Of a stretch of 32,000 bases of DNA, positions 16,460 through 25,075 are shown one piece after another. Below the pieces are notes generated by a model that was given only the letters and a program-made list of their open reading frames with translations, was not told the DNA's origin and searched no databases. Both the position numbers and the translations under genes were made by a program. Each line of letters begins with the position of its first letter. Positions within the stretch are counted from its first letter, which is position 1. This stretch comes from Mesobacillus jeotgali (GTDB taxonomy: Bacteria > Bacillota > Bacilli > Bacillales > Cytobacillaceae): NCBI RefSeq assembly GCF_002874535.1, contig NZ_CP025025.1, positions 883,526-915,525 on the forward strand, written 5' to 3'.

Positions 16460-17099
16460 CAAGGAAAGCTTTTGTAGCCCATAAGGATATTAGTAAAATA
16501 AGTTCGAAGCCGTTGGTAGCTGCATCACTCTCCAATGGAATTGGCACAGCGCTTCCAATACCCATCAAAATGACGCCGATGGCCATCCATTTCCACGTAA
16601 GCTTTTTCCAGAGGATCATTCCTGCAAGCAGTAACGCGACAGTAACACCAATGATCATAATAGGTGGGGCGTGTGGTCCGGCAGATTCATAGCTTAGTAC
16701 CCCATATTTCTGGGCTGACTCAAGCTTAAGTCCGATGGTATTTTGTAAAAGTTCAGCAATGATCATAGCCAGAGTGAAGGCTTCCGCCAAGATAAATCCT
16801 GTTCGTCCCTTCAGCCATTGGATTCCTGTCTTCCTGAAAGCTGCCCAGGAAAATAAAATTAACAATGGAGTGAAGAATGCGTGGAACCAATAACGCATCT
16901 CATTCAAGGCTTCTAAGAAGCTTCCTTTTCCTATCACGCTCCCCATGGCTAGTACAAGGTTGTCATACACTAAACCGAATGTAACGAGCAAAAGTACATT
17001 CAGCCAGGAAAAAAATCCATACTTAATGGATAATTTTAGTCCCCATAGGAATAAAAACAAGTAGATGAGGGAATATAAACCGTAGATATAAGGGTCCAT
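16431..17099 (-). CDS. Hypothetical integral membrane protein (~6 TM)
   Basis: 222-aa ORF, strongly hydrophobic throughout. GGAGGAAAATGAC precedes the ATG on the minus strand. No family recognised. Confidence 0.6.
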   Translation of the reverse strand: MDPYIYGLYSLIYLFLFLWGLKLSIKYGFFSWLNVLLLVTFGLVYDNLVLAMGSVIGKGSFLEALNEMRYWFHAFFTPLLILFSWAAFRKTGIQWLKGRTGFILAEAFTLAMIIAELLQNTIGLKLESAQKYGVLSYESAGPHAPPIMIIGVTVALLLAGMILWKKLTWKWMAIGVILMGIGSAVPIPLESDAATNGFELILLISLWATKAFLEKKSNQATI

Positions 17100-17303
17100 G
17101 AGTCATTTTCCTCCAGTCAGGTTTGTTACAATTGTTCCCTTTAACCAGAATGAGAAACATGTGTCTGGGTTATTAACTTTTTCATTGTTTTTAACAAATA
17201 AATCGTATTCTTGAAAATTACTAATAGTCTTATAAGACTTCTTCATATATCATGGGAAATGTAAGCATATTCAACGATATTTTTGATAAGAACAGGAGAA
17301 ATC

Positions 17304-18149
17304 ATGACTACTTTAAATGAAATTGCATGGGTAACTGACAGTACATCTGGACTAACAGAAGAATACATAAAAAATAATCATATATATGTTGTCCCTTTAA
17401 GTATTATTTTTGGAGAAGAATCCTATTTGGAAGGTGTAGATATCACTGCGGAGGATTTTTATCCAAAGCTGGCAGCATCAAAGGTCCTTCCGAAAACATC
17501 GCAGCCTGCTATTGGGGAGTTTGTAGAACTATACCAGAAGCTTAAGGAGCAGTATAAACATGCGATCGCGATCCACGCTTCGAGCGCACTGACAGGAACT
17601 TACCAATCCTCTGTGGCAGCTTCAGGCATGGTAGATTTCAAAGTCGATGTTATTGACTCGAAAATTGGTTCTTACCCGTTGGGACGCATGGTTGAAAAGG
17701 GTGTCGAACTTCAAAAGCAAGGGAAGTCCTATTCCGAAATCGTTTCCTATTTAAAAACACTCCCTGACAAGGCCAATTTATATATGGCACCAGGAAGCCT
17801 TGAGCAGCTGCATAAGGGTGGGCGTTTATCCACCACACAGGTGATAATCGGAAGCTTGATTAAATTAAAGCTGATTGTCAGGTTCGATGATGGCAAGGTA
17901 GTCCTTTTTGATAAAATCAGGACGGAAAAGAAAGTCAAGGAACGCCTGTTTCAAATTTTTGAAGAAGCTTCAACAAATATTAAAGAAGCAAGTGTCATAC
18001 ACGGAAATGTGAAAGAATTGGCTGAGGAATGGCGCGTGGAACTTCAACAGCGTTTTCCAAACATTTCTTTTACCACAACTACGTTCAGTCCAGTAGCTGG
18101 GACTCACACAGGGCAGGGAACAATTGGGCTTGCATGGATTAATGAATAG
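17304..18149 (+). CDS. DegV-family fatty-acid-binding protein
   Basis: ATG at 17304 follows AGGAG. IAWVTDSTSGL...YVVPLSIIFG...TSQPAIGEF...IHASSALTGTYQS...GGR...PVAGTHTGQGTIGLAW is the DegV pattern. Confidence 0.85.
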   Translation: MTTLNEIAWVTDSTSGLTEEYIKNNHIYVVPLSIIFGEESYLEGVDITAEDFYPKLAASKVLPKTSQPAIGEFVELYQKLKEQYKHAIAIHASSALTGTYQSSVAASGMVDFKVDVIDSKIGSYPLGRMVEKGVELQKQGKSYSEIVSYLKTLPDKANLYMAPGSLEQLHKGGRLSTTQVIIGSLIKLKLIVRFDDGKVVLFDKIRTEKKVKERLFQIFEEASTNIKEASVIHGNVKELAEEWRVELQQRFPNISFTTTTFSPVAGTHTGQGTIGLAWINE

Positions 18150-18171
18150 TCCGCAATAGTAAAACAAAGTA

Positions 18172-18205
18172 AGAAATCAGCCTGATTGGGGCTGATTTCT
18201 TTTTA
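18172..18205 (+). terminator. Rho-independent terminator after degV-like gene
   Basis: GAAATCAGCC-N7-GGCTGATTTC stem followed by TTTTT. Confidence 0.75.
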
Positions 18206-18260
18206 ATGTCCGTGTTACTGTGTACACTTGAAATATCAAAAATAGCAGGGGGAAATCGAT

Positions 18261-19169
18261 ATGTTGAAGATTGGAATCATTGGTTTAGGGGATATTGCGC
18301 AAAAAGCCTATCTGCCTGTATTCGCGGAAAAACAAGATATTGAATTCCATCTTTACACCCGGGATATTGCCAAGCTGAAAACCCTGGCTTCCAAGTATAG
18401 ATTTGCCCATATACATCTAAGTTTGGATGAACTCATTGAAAGTGGTGTTAAGGGAGCTTTTGTCCATAGTGCTACCGAATCGCATCATGAAATTGTAAAA
18501 AAACTGCTGCTGGCTGGTATCCATGTGTATGTCGATAAGCCGATTGCCTATGAGTATGAAAAGGCCAGGGAACTGACAGAGCTGGCTGAGAATAAAGGCT
18601 TGCTATTAATGACAGGTTTTAATCGCAGATATGCCCCGGCGTATAAACAGTTGGCTGAGTTGAAGGAACCTAATATGGTGATCATGCAGAAAAACAGGAA
18701 GGCCTTGCCTGGGGAAATACGCCATTTCATACTCGATGACTTTATTCATGTGGTTGATACGCTAAGGTTTTTGTTTCCCTACGAAATAAAGCAAATCAAT
18801 ATTACCGGAAAGAAAAATGGAGCTTTTTTGCACCATGTAGTAATTCAGCTGCAGGCAAAAGAGGGGATTGCAATCGGAATAATGAACCGTGACAGCGGGG
18901 TTGTCGAGGAAAAGGTAGAAGTTTTTCAATCTAATCAAAAAAGAACGGCAGTGAATGTTTCAGACCTGATGGTCCAGGAAAATCGGAATGAAACGAGACA
19001 TGGAGGAAGTGACTGGGAGCCGACTCTTCATAAGCGAGGCTTCGAGCAAATTATTTTTGATTTCATCCAGGCTGTCAATAATAATTCATTCCCTTTAATT
19101 ACCGCAAGGGATTCTCTCGAAACACATGAAATCTGTGAGACAATCGTAAAAGAATTGGAAGAGCTTTAA
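18261..19169 (+). CDS. Gfo/Idh/MocA-family NAD(P)-dependent oxidoreductase
   Basis: 302 aa. The N-terminal Rossmann motif MLKIGIIGLGDIAQKAYLPVF and the downstream VYVDKP...GFNRRYAP are typical of the family. Confidence 0.85.
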   Translation: MLKIGIIGLGDIAQKAYLPVFAEKQDIEFHLYTRDIAKLKTLASKYRFAHIHLSLDELIESGVKGAFVHSATESHHEIVKKLLLAGIHVYVDKPIAYEYEKARELTELAENKGLLLMTGFNRRYAPAYKQLAELKEPNMVIMQKNRKALPGEIRHFILDDFIHVVDTLRFLFPYEIKQINITGKKNGAFLHHVVIQLQAKEGIAIGIMNRDSGVVEEKVEVFQSNQKRTAVNVSDLMVQENRNETRHGGSDWEPTLHKRGFEQIIFDFIQAVNNNSFPLITARDSLETHEICETIVKELEEL

Positions 19170-19175
19170 CATACG

Positions 19176-19208
19176 AAACCCCGGTACTTAAAATGTACCG
19201 GGGTTTTG
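19176..19208. terminator. Bidirectional terminator (ends the + strand oxidoreductase gene and the - strand reductase operon)
   Basis: AAACCCCGGTAC-N7-GTACCGGGGTTT perfect 12-bp stem. Confidence 0.8.
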
Positions 19209-19212
19209 GCTA

Positions 19213-20472
19213 TTAGAATGATGGTTTGCCATCTGCAGATATTTGGATGGCGTTATTCAAATAGAATGTGTTTGCATAACCTAGGTCAGCGATTTTATTC
19301 ACAACGCCAGCGGCCCTTGCGCCAGATGCGCAATGAATGACGATGACGGCATTCTTGTCTTTTGGTAGCTGGCTTGCGATAGCGGCTGGGTCAGCCAGGA
19401 TGATACTGTCAGGGATATTCAGTGACCCTTTGAGGACGCCGGCCTTTGTTTCATCCTTTGAACGGACGTCAAGGATAAACGCTCCCGCACTGATTTTGTT
19501 CATAAACTCCTCTGGGTTGATTCCGCGGTTAACCTGGCCTTCAGCTACATTAAAGCTTCCGTCTGAATTAGCAGTGCCGAATGTTGGCAAGGATTGTGCA
19601 GTCCAGTCAGGAAGTCCTCCTGAATAGACTTTGACATTTGAGTAGCCTTTTTTCAGGAGTTCCTCAGCGACAGCATGGCTTTTATGGCAGCCGAATCCTC
19701 CGCAATAGACGATGATTTCAGTCTTTTTATCTGCAGGTGCTATTCCTAAATACTTTTGCGCAAAGAGAGTATCATCTGCAAAGACTGCGTTCGGGATGTG
19801 TGACTCGAAATATATCTTATACGGTCTGGCATCAAGGATGACGAATGGTGGCTTATCATCCCGTGACACATTTGCGTCCATGATCAGTCCTTTTACATAA
19901 GGGGCTGTCACAGCAAGGTAATTGCCGGCTTTTTTCCATTCTGGCAGTCCTTCCTGGTAGACTTTGATATTCTTGTAGCCAAGCTTGATTGCCTTTTCAG
20001 CAGAACTGCTGCTCAATTCACATGTGACCCCGCCGCAGTAAAAAATAAGAAGCTTATTTTTATCTTCCGGGAGCAGGGAGGCGAATTGGTCGAACTGTGA
20101 ATCCGGGATATTGATTGCTCCGTTGATATGTCCTTCATGGTAAACAGCTTGAGGACGGGAATCGACAATGACAAAGTCCCATTCCGAAGGGAATTGATCG
20201 TACGTTTTCCTTGCCGGGCTTACCTCTCCTTCGGACGCTTTTAATCTCATCATATATTCGGTGTCAACATAGGTGAGGTTATCCTTGAGTGGTACGGCTT
20301 CCTTCTCTGGTGCAGCTTCCTCGGCTACCTTGTAGATTGAAAGGTCTGCTTTCTGGTTAAAATCTGCAGCAGCATTCGAGTTAGGTTTGGCCGAATGTTC
20401 GCCAGTCCCGCAGCCGGCTATTACTATTCCGACAGAGAAAATCAATCCAGCTAGCATAGTTTTCTTTACCAT
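19213..20472 (-). CDS. Exported lipoprotein with three rhodanese domains (SrrF-like position)
   Basis: ATG at 20472 follows AAAGGAGTG and lies 5 nt after the upstream stop. Signal peptide with lipobox VIAGC. Three rhodanese modules have active-site loops YCGGVTCELS, YCGGFGCHKS and HCASGARAAG. The ORF-track start at 20538 adds 22 unlikely residues. Confidence 0.8.
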   Translation of the reverse strand: MVKKTMLAGLIFSVGIVIAGCGTGEHSAKPNSNAAADFNQKADLSIYKVAEEAAPEKEAVPLKDNLTYVDTEYMMRLKASEGEVSPARKTYDQFPSEWDFVIVDSRPQAVYHEGHINGAINIPDSQFDQFASLLPEDKNKLLIFYCGGVTCELSSSSAEKAIKLGYKNIKVYQEGLPEWKKAGNYLAVTAPYVKGLIMDANVSRDDKPPFVILDARPYKIYFESHIPNAVFADDTLFAQKYLGIAPADKKTEIIVYCGGFGCHKSHAVAEELLKKGYSNVKVYSGGLPDWTAQSLPTFGTANSDGSFNVAEGQVNRGINPEEFMNKISAGAFILDVRSKDETKAGVLKGSLNIPDSIILADPAAIASQLPKDKNAVIVIHCASGARAAGVVNKIADLGYANTFYLNNAIQISADGKPSF

Positions 20473-20476
20473 GAGA

Positions 20477-21109
20477 CTATTCACTCCTTTCTTCACCAGG
20501 CAGTTCACTCCTGTAGCCAAATGCAGGGGAGTGGACAAGCTGGTTCACTATTTGTGTGATCGATACAAAGAATAAACTCGTATCAGCCTTTTTCAATTCC
20601 AGGACGAAATCGTCAAGCCAATCGAAATGGTCAGAAATAAAAGAATGGATCTGATCAGCTGTACCATGCTCGAGCAAAAACGATAGAAATTCGAGCAACA
20701 GGGTCAAGTGGTCTGGCATGGCTCGATATTCCTCGGGAAACTCAAGCTTGAACTTGCGGAACAGATACTGGACATGCAGTGCAGGGTCCCCATAGAAGAA
20801 TCCAGTTTGTCTAGCGAATGAAACAGCCGCGGTAGGATCATCGGTCCATTGTTTGTAGAGTGATTCAATTGGTGGTGCGAAAGGCTCGGAAGGCCCAAGA
20901 TAACAATAGATGTAGGATTGTTTCATATTTTCATAGGAAGAAAAAGAATCTTCATATGTTTCTTCCAGTTTTACAAAAGGCGTCAGCTCTTCTAAGACTG
21001 TTCCATTTCTCAAAGCTTGATAGAGTTCATTTGTTGGCGGCTTATAAAATTCTGCCAGCAGCATAAGCGCATTGGACAGCTGCCGCTTTTCTTCTGTCAT
21101 GGTGAACAA
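20477..21109 (-). CDS. TorD/DmsD-family redox-enzyme maturation chaperone
   Basis: ~207-210 aa (TTG 21109 or ATG 21100). Soluble and helical. ...YRAMPDHLTLLLEFLSFLL... resembles the TorD-family core. It sits directly after the membrane anchor gene. Confidence 0.7.
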   Translation of the reverse strand: MFTMTEEKRQLSNALMLLAEFYKPPTNELYQALRNGTVLEELTPFVKLEETYEDSFSSYENMKQSYIYCYLGPSEPFAPPIESLYKQWTDDPTAAVSFARQTGFFYGDPALHVQYLFRKFKLEFPEEYRAMPDHLTLLLEFLSFLLEHGTADQIHSFISDHFDWLDDFVLELKKADTSLFFVSITQIVNQLVHSPAFGYRSELPGEERSE

Positions 21110-21130
21110 GTGATCAGCCCCTTTTCGTAA

Positions 21131-22288
21131 CTATAGGGTTACATCCCCATGTTTTTTCAGCTCTGTTGCTGGTTTGTGTTTGATGAACCGTTCAAGAAGC
21201 TCACGCTGGAGATACAATATTGCCATGATCCCAATACCGCCTATGATCAGGGCCCATTCAGACCATGTCACGCTGAATAGGTTGAAGACGGTTTCTTCAG
21301 CAGGATTTTTAATAACTTTCAATGGAGTAATCTGCCCGGCGATCACCATATTGAAGCGCATAAAGAAAATTCCTGTCAGGGATAGCAGACCTGCAAGCCC
21401 TAGCTTTATCGCAGAGAGCTTTTGCGCAGATATAATCAACACAAAAGGTATAACGATTGCCAGTGATATTTCAAGTACCCAATAGTTGAAGCTCAAAGGT
21501 CCTTTCAGCATAGCGAGCAGTGATTCATATTTTCCCGGCATCTGGCCGTATAGCCCGACGAAGGTTTTGCCGATATAAATCACTACCATGACCCCCATCA
21601 TGGACAAGCTAAGCGTCCTGAGGAACTTAACGGTCCCAAGGTTCTCACTCGTCTTCTGTCTACCATCCAGATATGCGATAACTGAAGCCATCCCAATACC
21701 AGAGAATACAGACGTAAGAATAAAGTAAAGAGGTGAAATCGGTCCGTTCCAGTAGGGACGGGCAATGATGAAACCGAACAGAAACCCGATGCAAATCAGG
21801 GCCACTACCGCAGAAACAGCTGTCATGATTGCAAAAGGCCTGATTAAGGACTCATTGCCGCGAACGACAAACACTGTCAAAGTCACCAGCAGCATCAGAT
21901 AGATTCCGTATAATGGTGCCATCCACCAGATTGGCGATGTAAAGTTGGGAGTCAGGAAATAATGGATGAAGTTAAGCGGATTGCCCAACTCCACCAAAAG
22001 AATTGCAAAACCGCTGATAAGGGAAAAAATCGCAAACATCAGCAGTGATTTGCCGATTGGGATGATCGCCTTCACATGGAATACATAGCCTAATGCTGCG
22101 ACCAGCAGCAATCCGGTGCTGATCCCAACAAAATATTCGTAGCTGGCAATCAGGATTCCCCATGGGATTTTATTTGTTGTTCCCATCGCATGTTCACCGT
22201 GGATAAAAATATTGGCTGCTCCTGCCAGGCCGAAGAGAATGAAGGCTGCAGACAGGATCGTCCATTTATTGATTTTCAAGAGATTCAC
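21131..22288 (-). CDS. NrfD/PsrC-type quinol-oxidising membrane anchor subunit
   Basis: 385-aa polytopic protein (8-10 TM) following the FeS subunit. The GGAGGTG overlaps the GTG at 22288, so TTG at 22279 is the more likely start. Confidence 0.85.
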   Translation of the reverse strand: MNLLKINKWTILSAAFILFGLAGAANIFIHGEHAMGTTNKIPWGILIASYEYFVGISTGLLLVAALGYVFHVKAIIPIGKSLLMFAIFSLISGFAILLVELGNPLNFIHYFLTPNFTSPIWWMAPLYGIYLMLLVTLTVFVVRGNESLIRPFAIMTAVSAVVALICIGFLFGFIIARPYWNGPISPLYFILTSVFSGIGMASVIAYLDGRQKTSENLGTVKFLRTLSLSMMGVMVVIYIGKTFVGLYGQMPGKYESLLAMLKGPLSFNYWVLEISLAIVIPFVLIISAQKLSAIKLGLAGLLSLTGIFFMRFNMVIAGQITPLKVIKNPAEETVFNLFSVTWSEWALIIGGIGIMAILYLQRELLERFIKHKPATELKKHGDVTL

Positions 22289-22294
22289 CTCCAG

Positions 22295-22834
22295 TTATTT
22301 TTTTACATAGAAGATGCTTGGCTTCGTGCCTTTAACTTCAAGCAATTGATAGACTTCATGCTTTGCCAGCTCTTTGTTCAGTTGGCTGTTTGGATCTTCA
22401 AGGTCTCCGAACAGACGGACCTCATTCATGCATGTCGCAGAGCAGGCAGGCTGCTCGCCTTTTTCAAGCATCTCAGGACACCATCTGCATTTTTCCGGCA
22501 CGCGCTTTTCATTCAGCTGTCTTGCCTCATATGGGCAGGCAGCCATGCAATATTTGCATCCAATACATTTGTCGGCATCAATCGCGACAATTCCATCCTC
22601 ACGCTTGTAAGTTGCCTGGGTTGGGCAGACGGAAACGCACGGAGCGTTGTCACAATGCTGGCACTGTACTGGTAAGATTTCCATTTTTACATTCGGGTAA
22701 GTTCCGGTCTCCAAAAATTCAAGTCGGTTATAGGAAACGTCCACCCCGAGCTGATTATGCGACGCGCAGGCGATGTTACAGGCGTTGCAGCCCGTACAGC
22801 GCTCCGGGAATACCAAAAGTCCGTATTTTGCCAT
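22295..22834 (-). CDS. 4x[4Fe-4S] electron-transfer subunit (PsrB/PhsB/NrfC-like)
   Basis: 179 aa with four Cys clusters (CTGCNACNIAC, CQHCDNAPCVSVCP, CIGCKYCMAACP, CRWC...CSATC). The ATG lies 1 nt after the catalytic-subunit stop, behind AAGGAGGG. Confidence 0.9.
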   Translation of the reverse strand: MAKYGLLVFPERCTGCNACNIACASHNQLGVDVSYNRLEFLETGTYPNVKMEILPVQCQHCDNAPCVSVCPTQATYKREDGIVAIDADKCIGCKYCMAACPYEARQLNEKRVPEKCRWCPEMLEKGEQPACSATCMNEVRLFGDLEDPNSQLNKELAKHEVYQLLEVKGTKPSIFYVKK

Positions 22835-22835
22835 C

Positions 22836-25046
22836 CTAGTTGCCCTCCTTTGCCACGGTCACGACAACCTCTTGGGCCATTGTCGAGCCAGAAAGAGGGT
22901 CTACCATGATTGGGATAAAATCATTAAAGTTCACGCCGACTCCGTTTGCTGTCCTGTTTTTAGGAGAGAATCCTCCATAAGTGGAAGGGAGCCAGGCTGC
23001 TTCCGGATGCAGGAGCTCGGTTACTTTAACCTGTACCTTCTTTTGGGCGATTTTCGACTTAACCGTGACGGTGTCACCAGTTTTGATGCCAAGCTTCTTC
23101 GCTCTCGAAGCATTAAGCCACATAAAGGTTCCCTGATACTTTTCGGAAAGCTTCATCAGATGTTCGATATTGGTTGTCATTGCATGAGAATGCCAAGGCT
23201 GTTTTCCGTGGATCAGGCGGAACTCATGGTCATTTTTAGGATCAGGTTCAACGAGTGGCGGTACCCATACAGGAATTCCGAGCTTTCCATCAATCTTGAA
23301 CAAATCGGCAGAGAATTGAATCTTTCCGGTTAGCGTAGGCAGAGCCGGTTTGCCTTTTTTCATCGGGAAACCTGGCTTAACAGTAGCCGGGAATTCTAAA
23401 GTTCCTGCTTTTTTCAGCTGTTCGAAGGTGATGCCGAGCGGGGCAATCGCTGCTTCTACTTCTTGTTCGATTGTAAAAGGATACAAATCCTTATGGCCCA
23501 TTGCGTCAGCAATTCCCTTCAGCATATCCAGCGTGTTTTTTGTGTCATACATCGGCTTGATGACGGGCTGGCGAAGGGCAAGCTGTGGGTTATCATGCGA
23601 AATATGGCCTGATACAGCTTGAGGATGCTCCAATCTTTCCAGATAATAATGTTCAGGCAGGATATAATCAGCGGCATAGTAGCTTGTTTCGTTCCAGTCA
23701 ATGTTGATGGAAACGACCAGCTCTGCGTCCTTGATCTTTTTTTGCTCCTCGGGATCCGGCGCGGTCCTGAGGGGGTTATAGTTGCAAATGAATACAGCCT
23801 TAGCCAGGCCTTGTTGAACAAGCTGTGGCGTAATTTGGGCGATTCCCCTTGATGGTTCAACTGTTCGGTACTTTCCAGTCACACCTGCTCCGTCGATACG
23901 AGCACCTTTTTCAGGCATGTTTTCAATTGAAGGCAAGTCAAGATGTCCCAGCTGCAGGCTGGCAGATGGCATTAAGCCGCCTTTTTCATAAAAGTTGCCG
24001 ACAAGCGCATTCAGGATAATCCCCATTTGGGCCGTTTGAGTGCTGTTCACATAATGGGAATGAAGTCCGTGCCAGCCTGGTTCGATGAAGGCCTGAGGTG
24101 CGTATTTTGCATAGTCCCTGGCAATTTCCCGAATTTTATCAGCTTTTATACCGGTGATTGGCTCTGCCCATTCTGGTGTGTATTCCTTGTTCATGCGTTT
24201 GAATTCACTGAAGCCATCAACGAATTGTTGGACAAAGGTCTTATTGTAGAGGTTTTCTGATATTAAGACATTGGCCATCGAAAGACGGAAGGCAAGGTCC
24301 GTACCCGGTCTGATTGGAATCCATTCATCAGCGATTTTCGCAATTTCTGAAAAGCGCGGATCGATGACGATCAGCTTTGCGCCTTTTTCCTTTGCCTGGG
24401 TAATGTGGTTCATTCCATTCGGGATGATTCCACCGGCGAAGTTCCTTCCTTCAAATATCATGTACTTAGCATTTTTATGGTCACCGTTAAGGGAGGTACC
24501 GGTCATTTGCAGCCATGCGTTTGTTTTAGCGTTGAAGCATGTTGAATACTGTGTGGTGAAGTTCGGCGAGCCAATGGTGTCAAACAAGCGGTCCACGTAC
24601 GACTTACGGTGGGTACCGTGCTCAAGCCACAAGACAGAATTACCGGTATATTGCTTAACGATGCTTTCAAGTTTTTCGCCGATTTCCTTGAATGCCTGGT
24701 TCCAGCTGATTGGTTCGAATTTCCCTTCTCCAACACGTTTCATTGGTCCAGTCACTCTGTCTTTTGAGTACAGGTAAGCTGCCATTCCGTGGCCTCTTGC
24801 GCAAATTCTGCCGCTGGATTTCAAATGGATAGGGTGTCCTTCGACCTTCCATACCCGGTCGTTCTTCACATGGGCAATTATTCCGCAATAGCTTGTGCAA
24901 CCGTGGCAGAAGGTTGGTACCTTCTTCACGCTTTCTTCGGTGGCAGCTTTCTTGAACTCACTGAAGCCGAAATAGGCTGGCACCGAGCCTGCTGCGACAA
25001 CCGTTGCTGAAGCTTTTAAAAATGTACGGCGTGATAAATTTGTCAT
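22836..25046 (-). CDS. Tat-exported molybdopterin (Mo-bisPGD) oxidoreductase catalytic subunit, PsrA/PhsA-like
   Basis: 736 aa. Twin-arginine signal MTNLSRRTFLKASATVVAAG. N-terminal FeS motif CHGCTSYCGI...GRICARG. Candidate Mo-ligand Cys in QYSTCFNAK. An SD AAAGGAG precedes the ATG. Confidence 0.9.
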   Translation of the reverse strand: MTNLSRRTFLKASATVVAAGSVPAYFGFSEFKKAATEESVKKVPTFCHGCTSYCGIIAHVKNDRVWKVEGHPIHLKSSGRICARGHGMAAYLYSKDRVTGPMKRVGEGKFEPISWNQAFKEIGEKLESIVKQYTGNSVLWLEHGTHRKSYVDRLFDTIGSPNFTTQYSTCFNAKTNAWLQMTGTSLNGDHKNAKYMIFEGRNFAGGIIPNGMNHITQAKEKGAKLIVIDPRFSEIAKIADEWIPIRPGTDLAFRLSMANVLISENLYNKTFVQQFVDGFSEFKRMNKEYTPEWAEPITGIKADKIREIARDYAKYAPQAFIEPGWHGLHSHYVNSTQTAQMGIILNALVGNFYEKGGLMPSASLQLGHLDLPSIENMPEKGARIDGAGVTGKYRTVEPSRGIAQITPQLVQQGLAKAVFICNYNPLRTAPDPEEQKKIKDAELVVSINIDWNETSYYAADYILPEHYYLERLEHPQAVSGHISHDNPQLALRQPVIKPMYDTKNTLDMLKGIADAMGHKDLYPFTIEQEVEAAIAPLGITFEQLKKAGTLEFPATVKPGFPMKKGKPALPTLTGKIQFSADLFKIDGKLGIPVWVPPLVEPDPKNDHEFRLIHGKQPWHSHAMTTNIEHLMKLSEKYQGTFMWLNASRAKKLGIKTGDTVTVKSKIAQKKVQVKVTELLHPEAAWLPSTYGGFSPKNRTANGVGVNFNDFIPIMVDPLSGSTMAQEVVVTVAKEGN

Positions 25047-25075
25047 CTCTTCGTACTCCTTTCTCTCACAAGCTG

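Noticed and set aside
22190-25010. Multiple + strand ORFs (22190..22675, 22363..22839, 22773..23333, 23350..23622, 24271..24777 and others)
   Set aside because: All are antisense shadows of the reductase operon genes, whose products carry unmistakable cofactor motifs. None has an SD or a recognisable domain.
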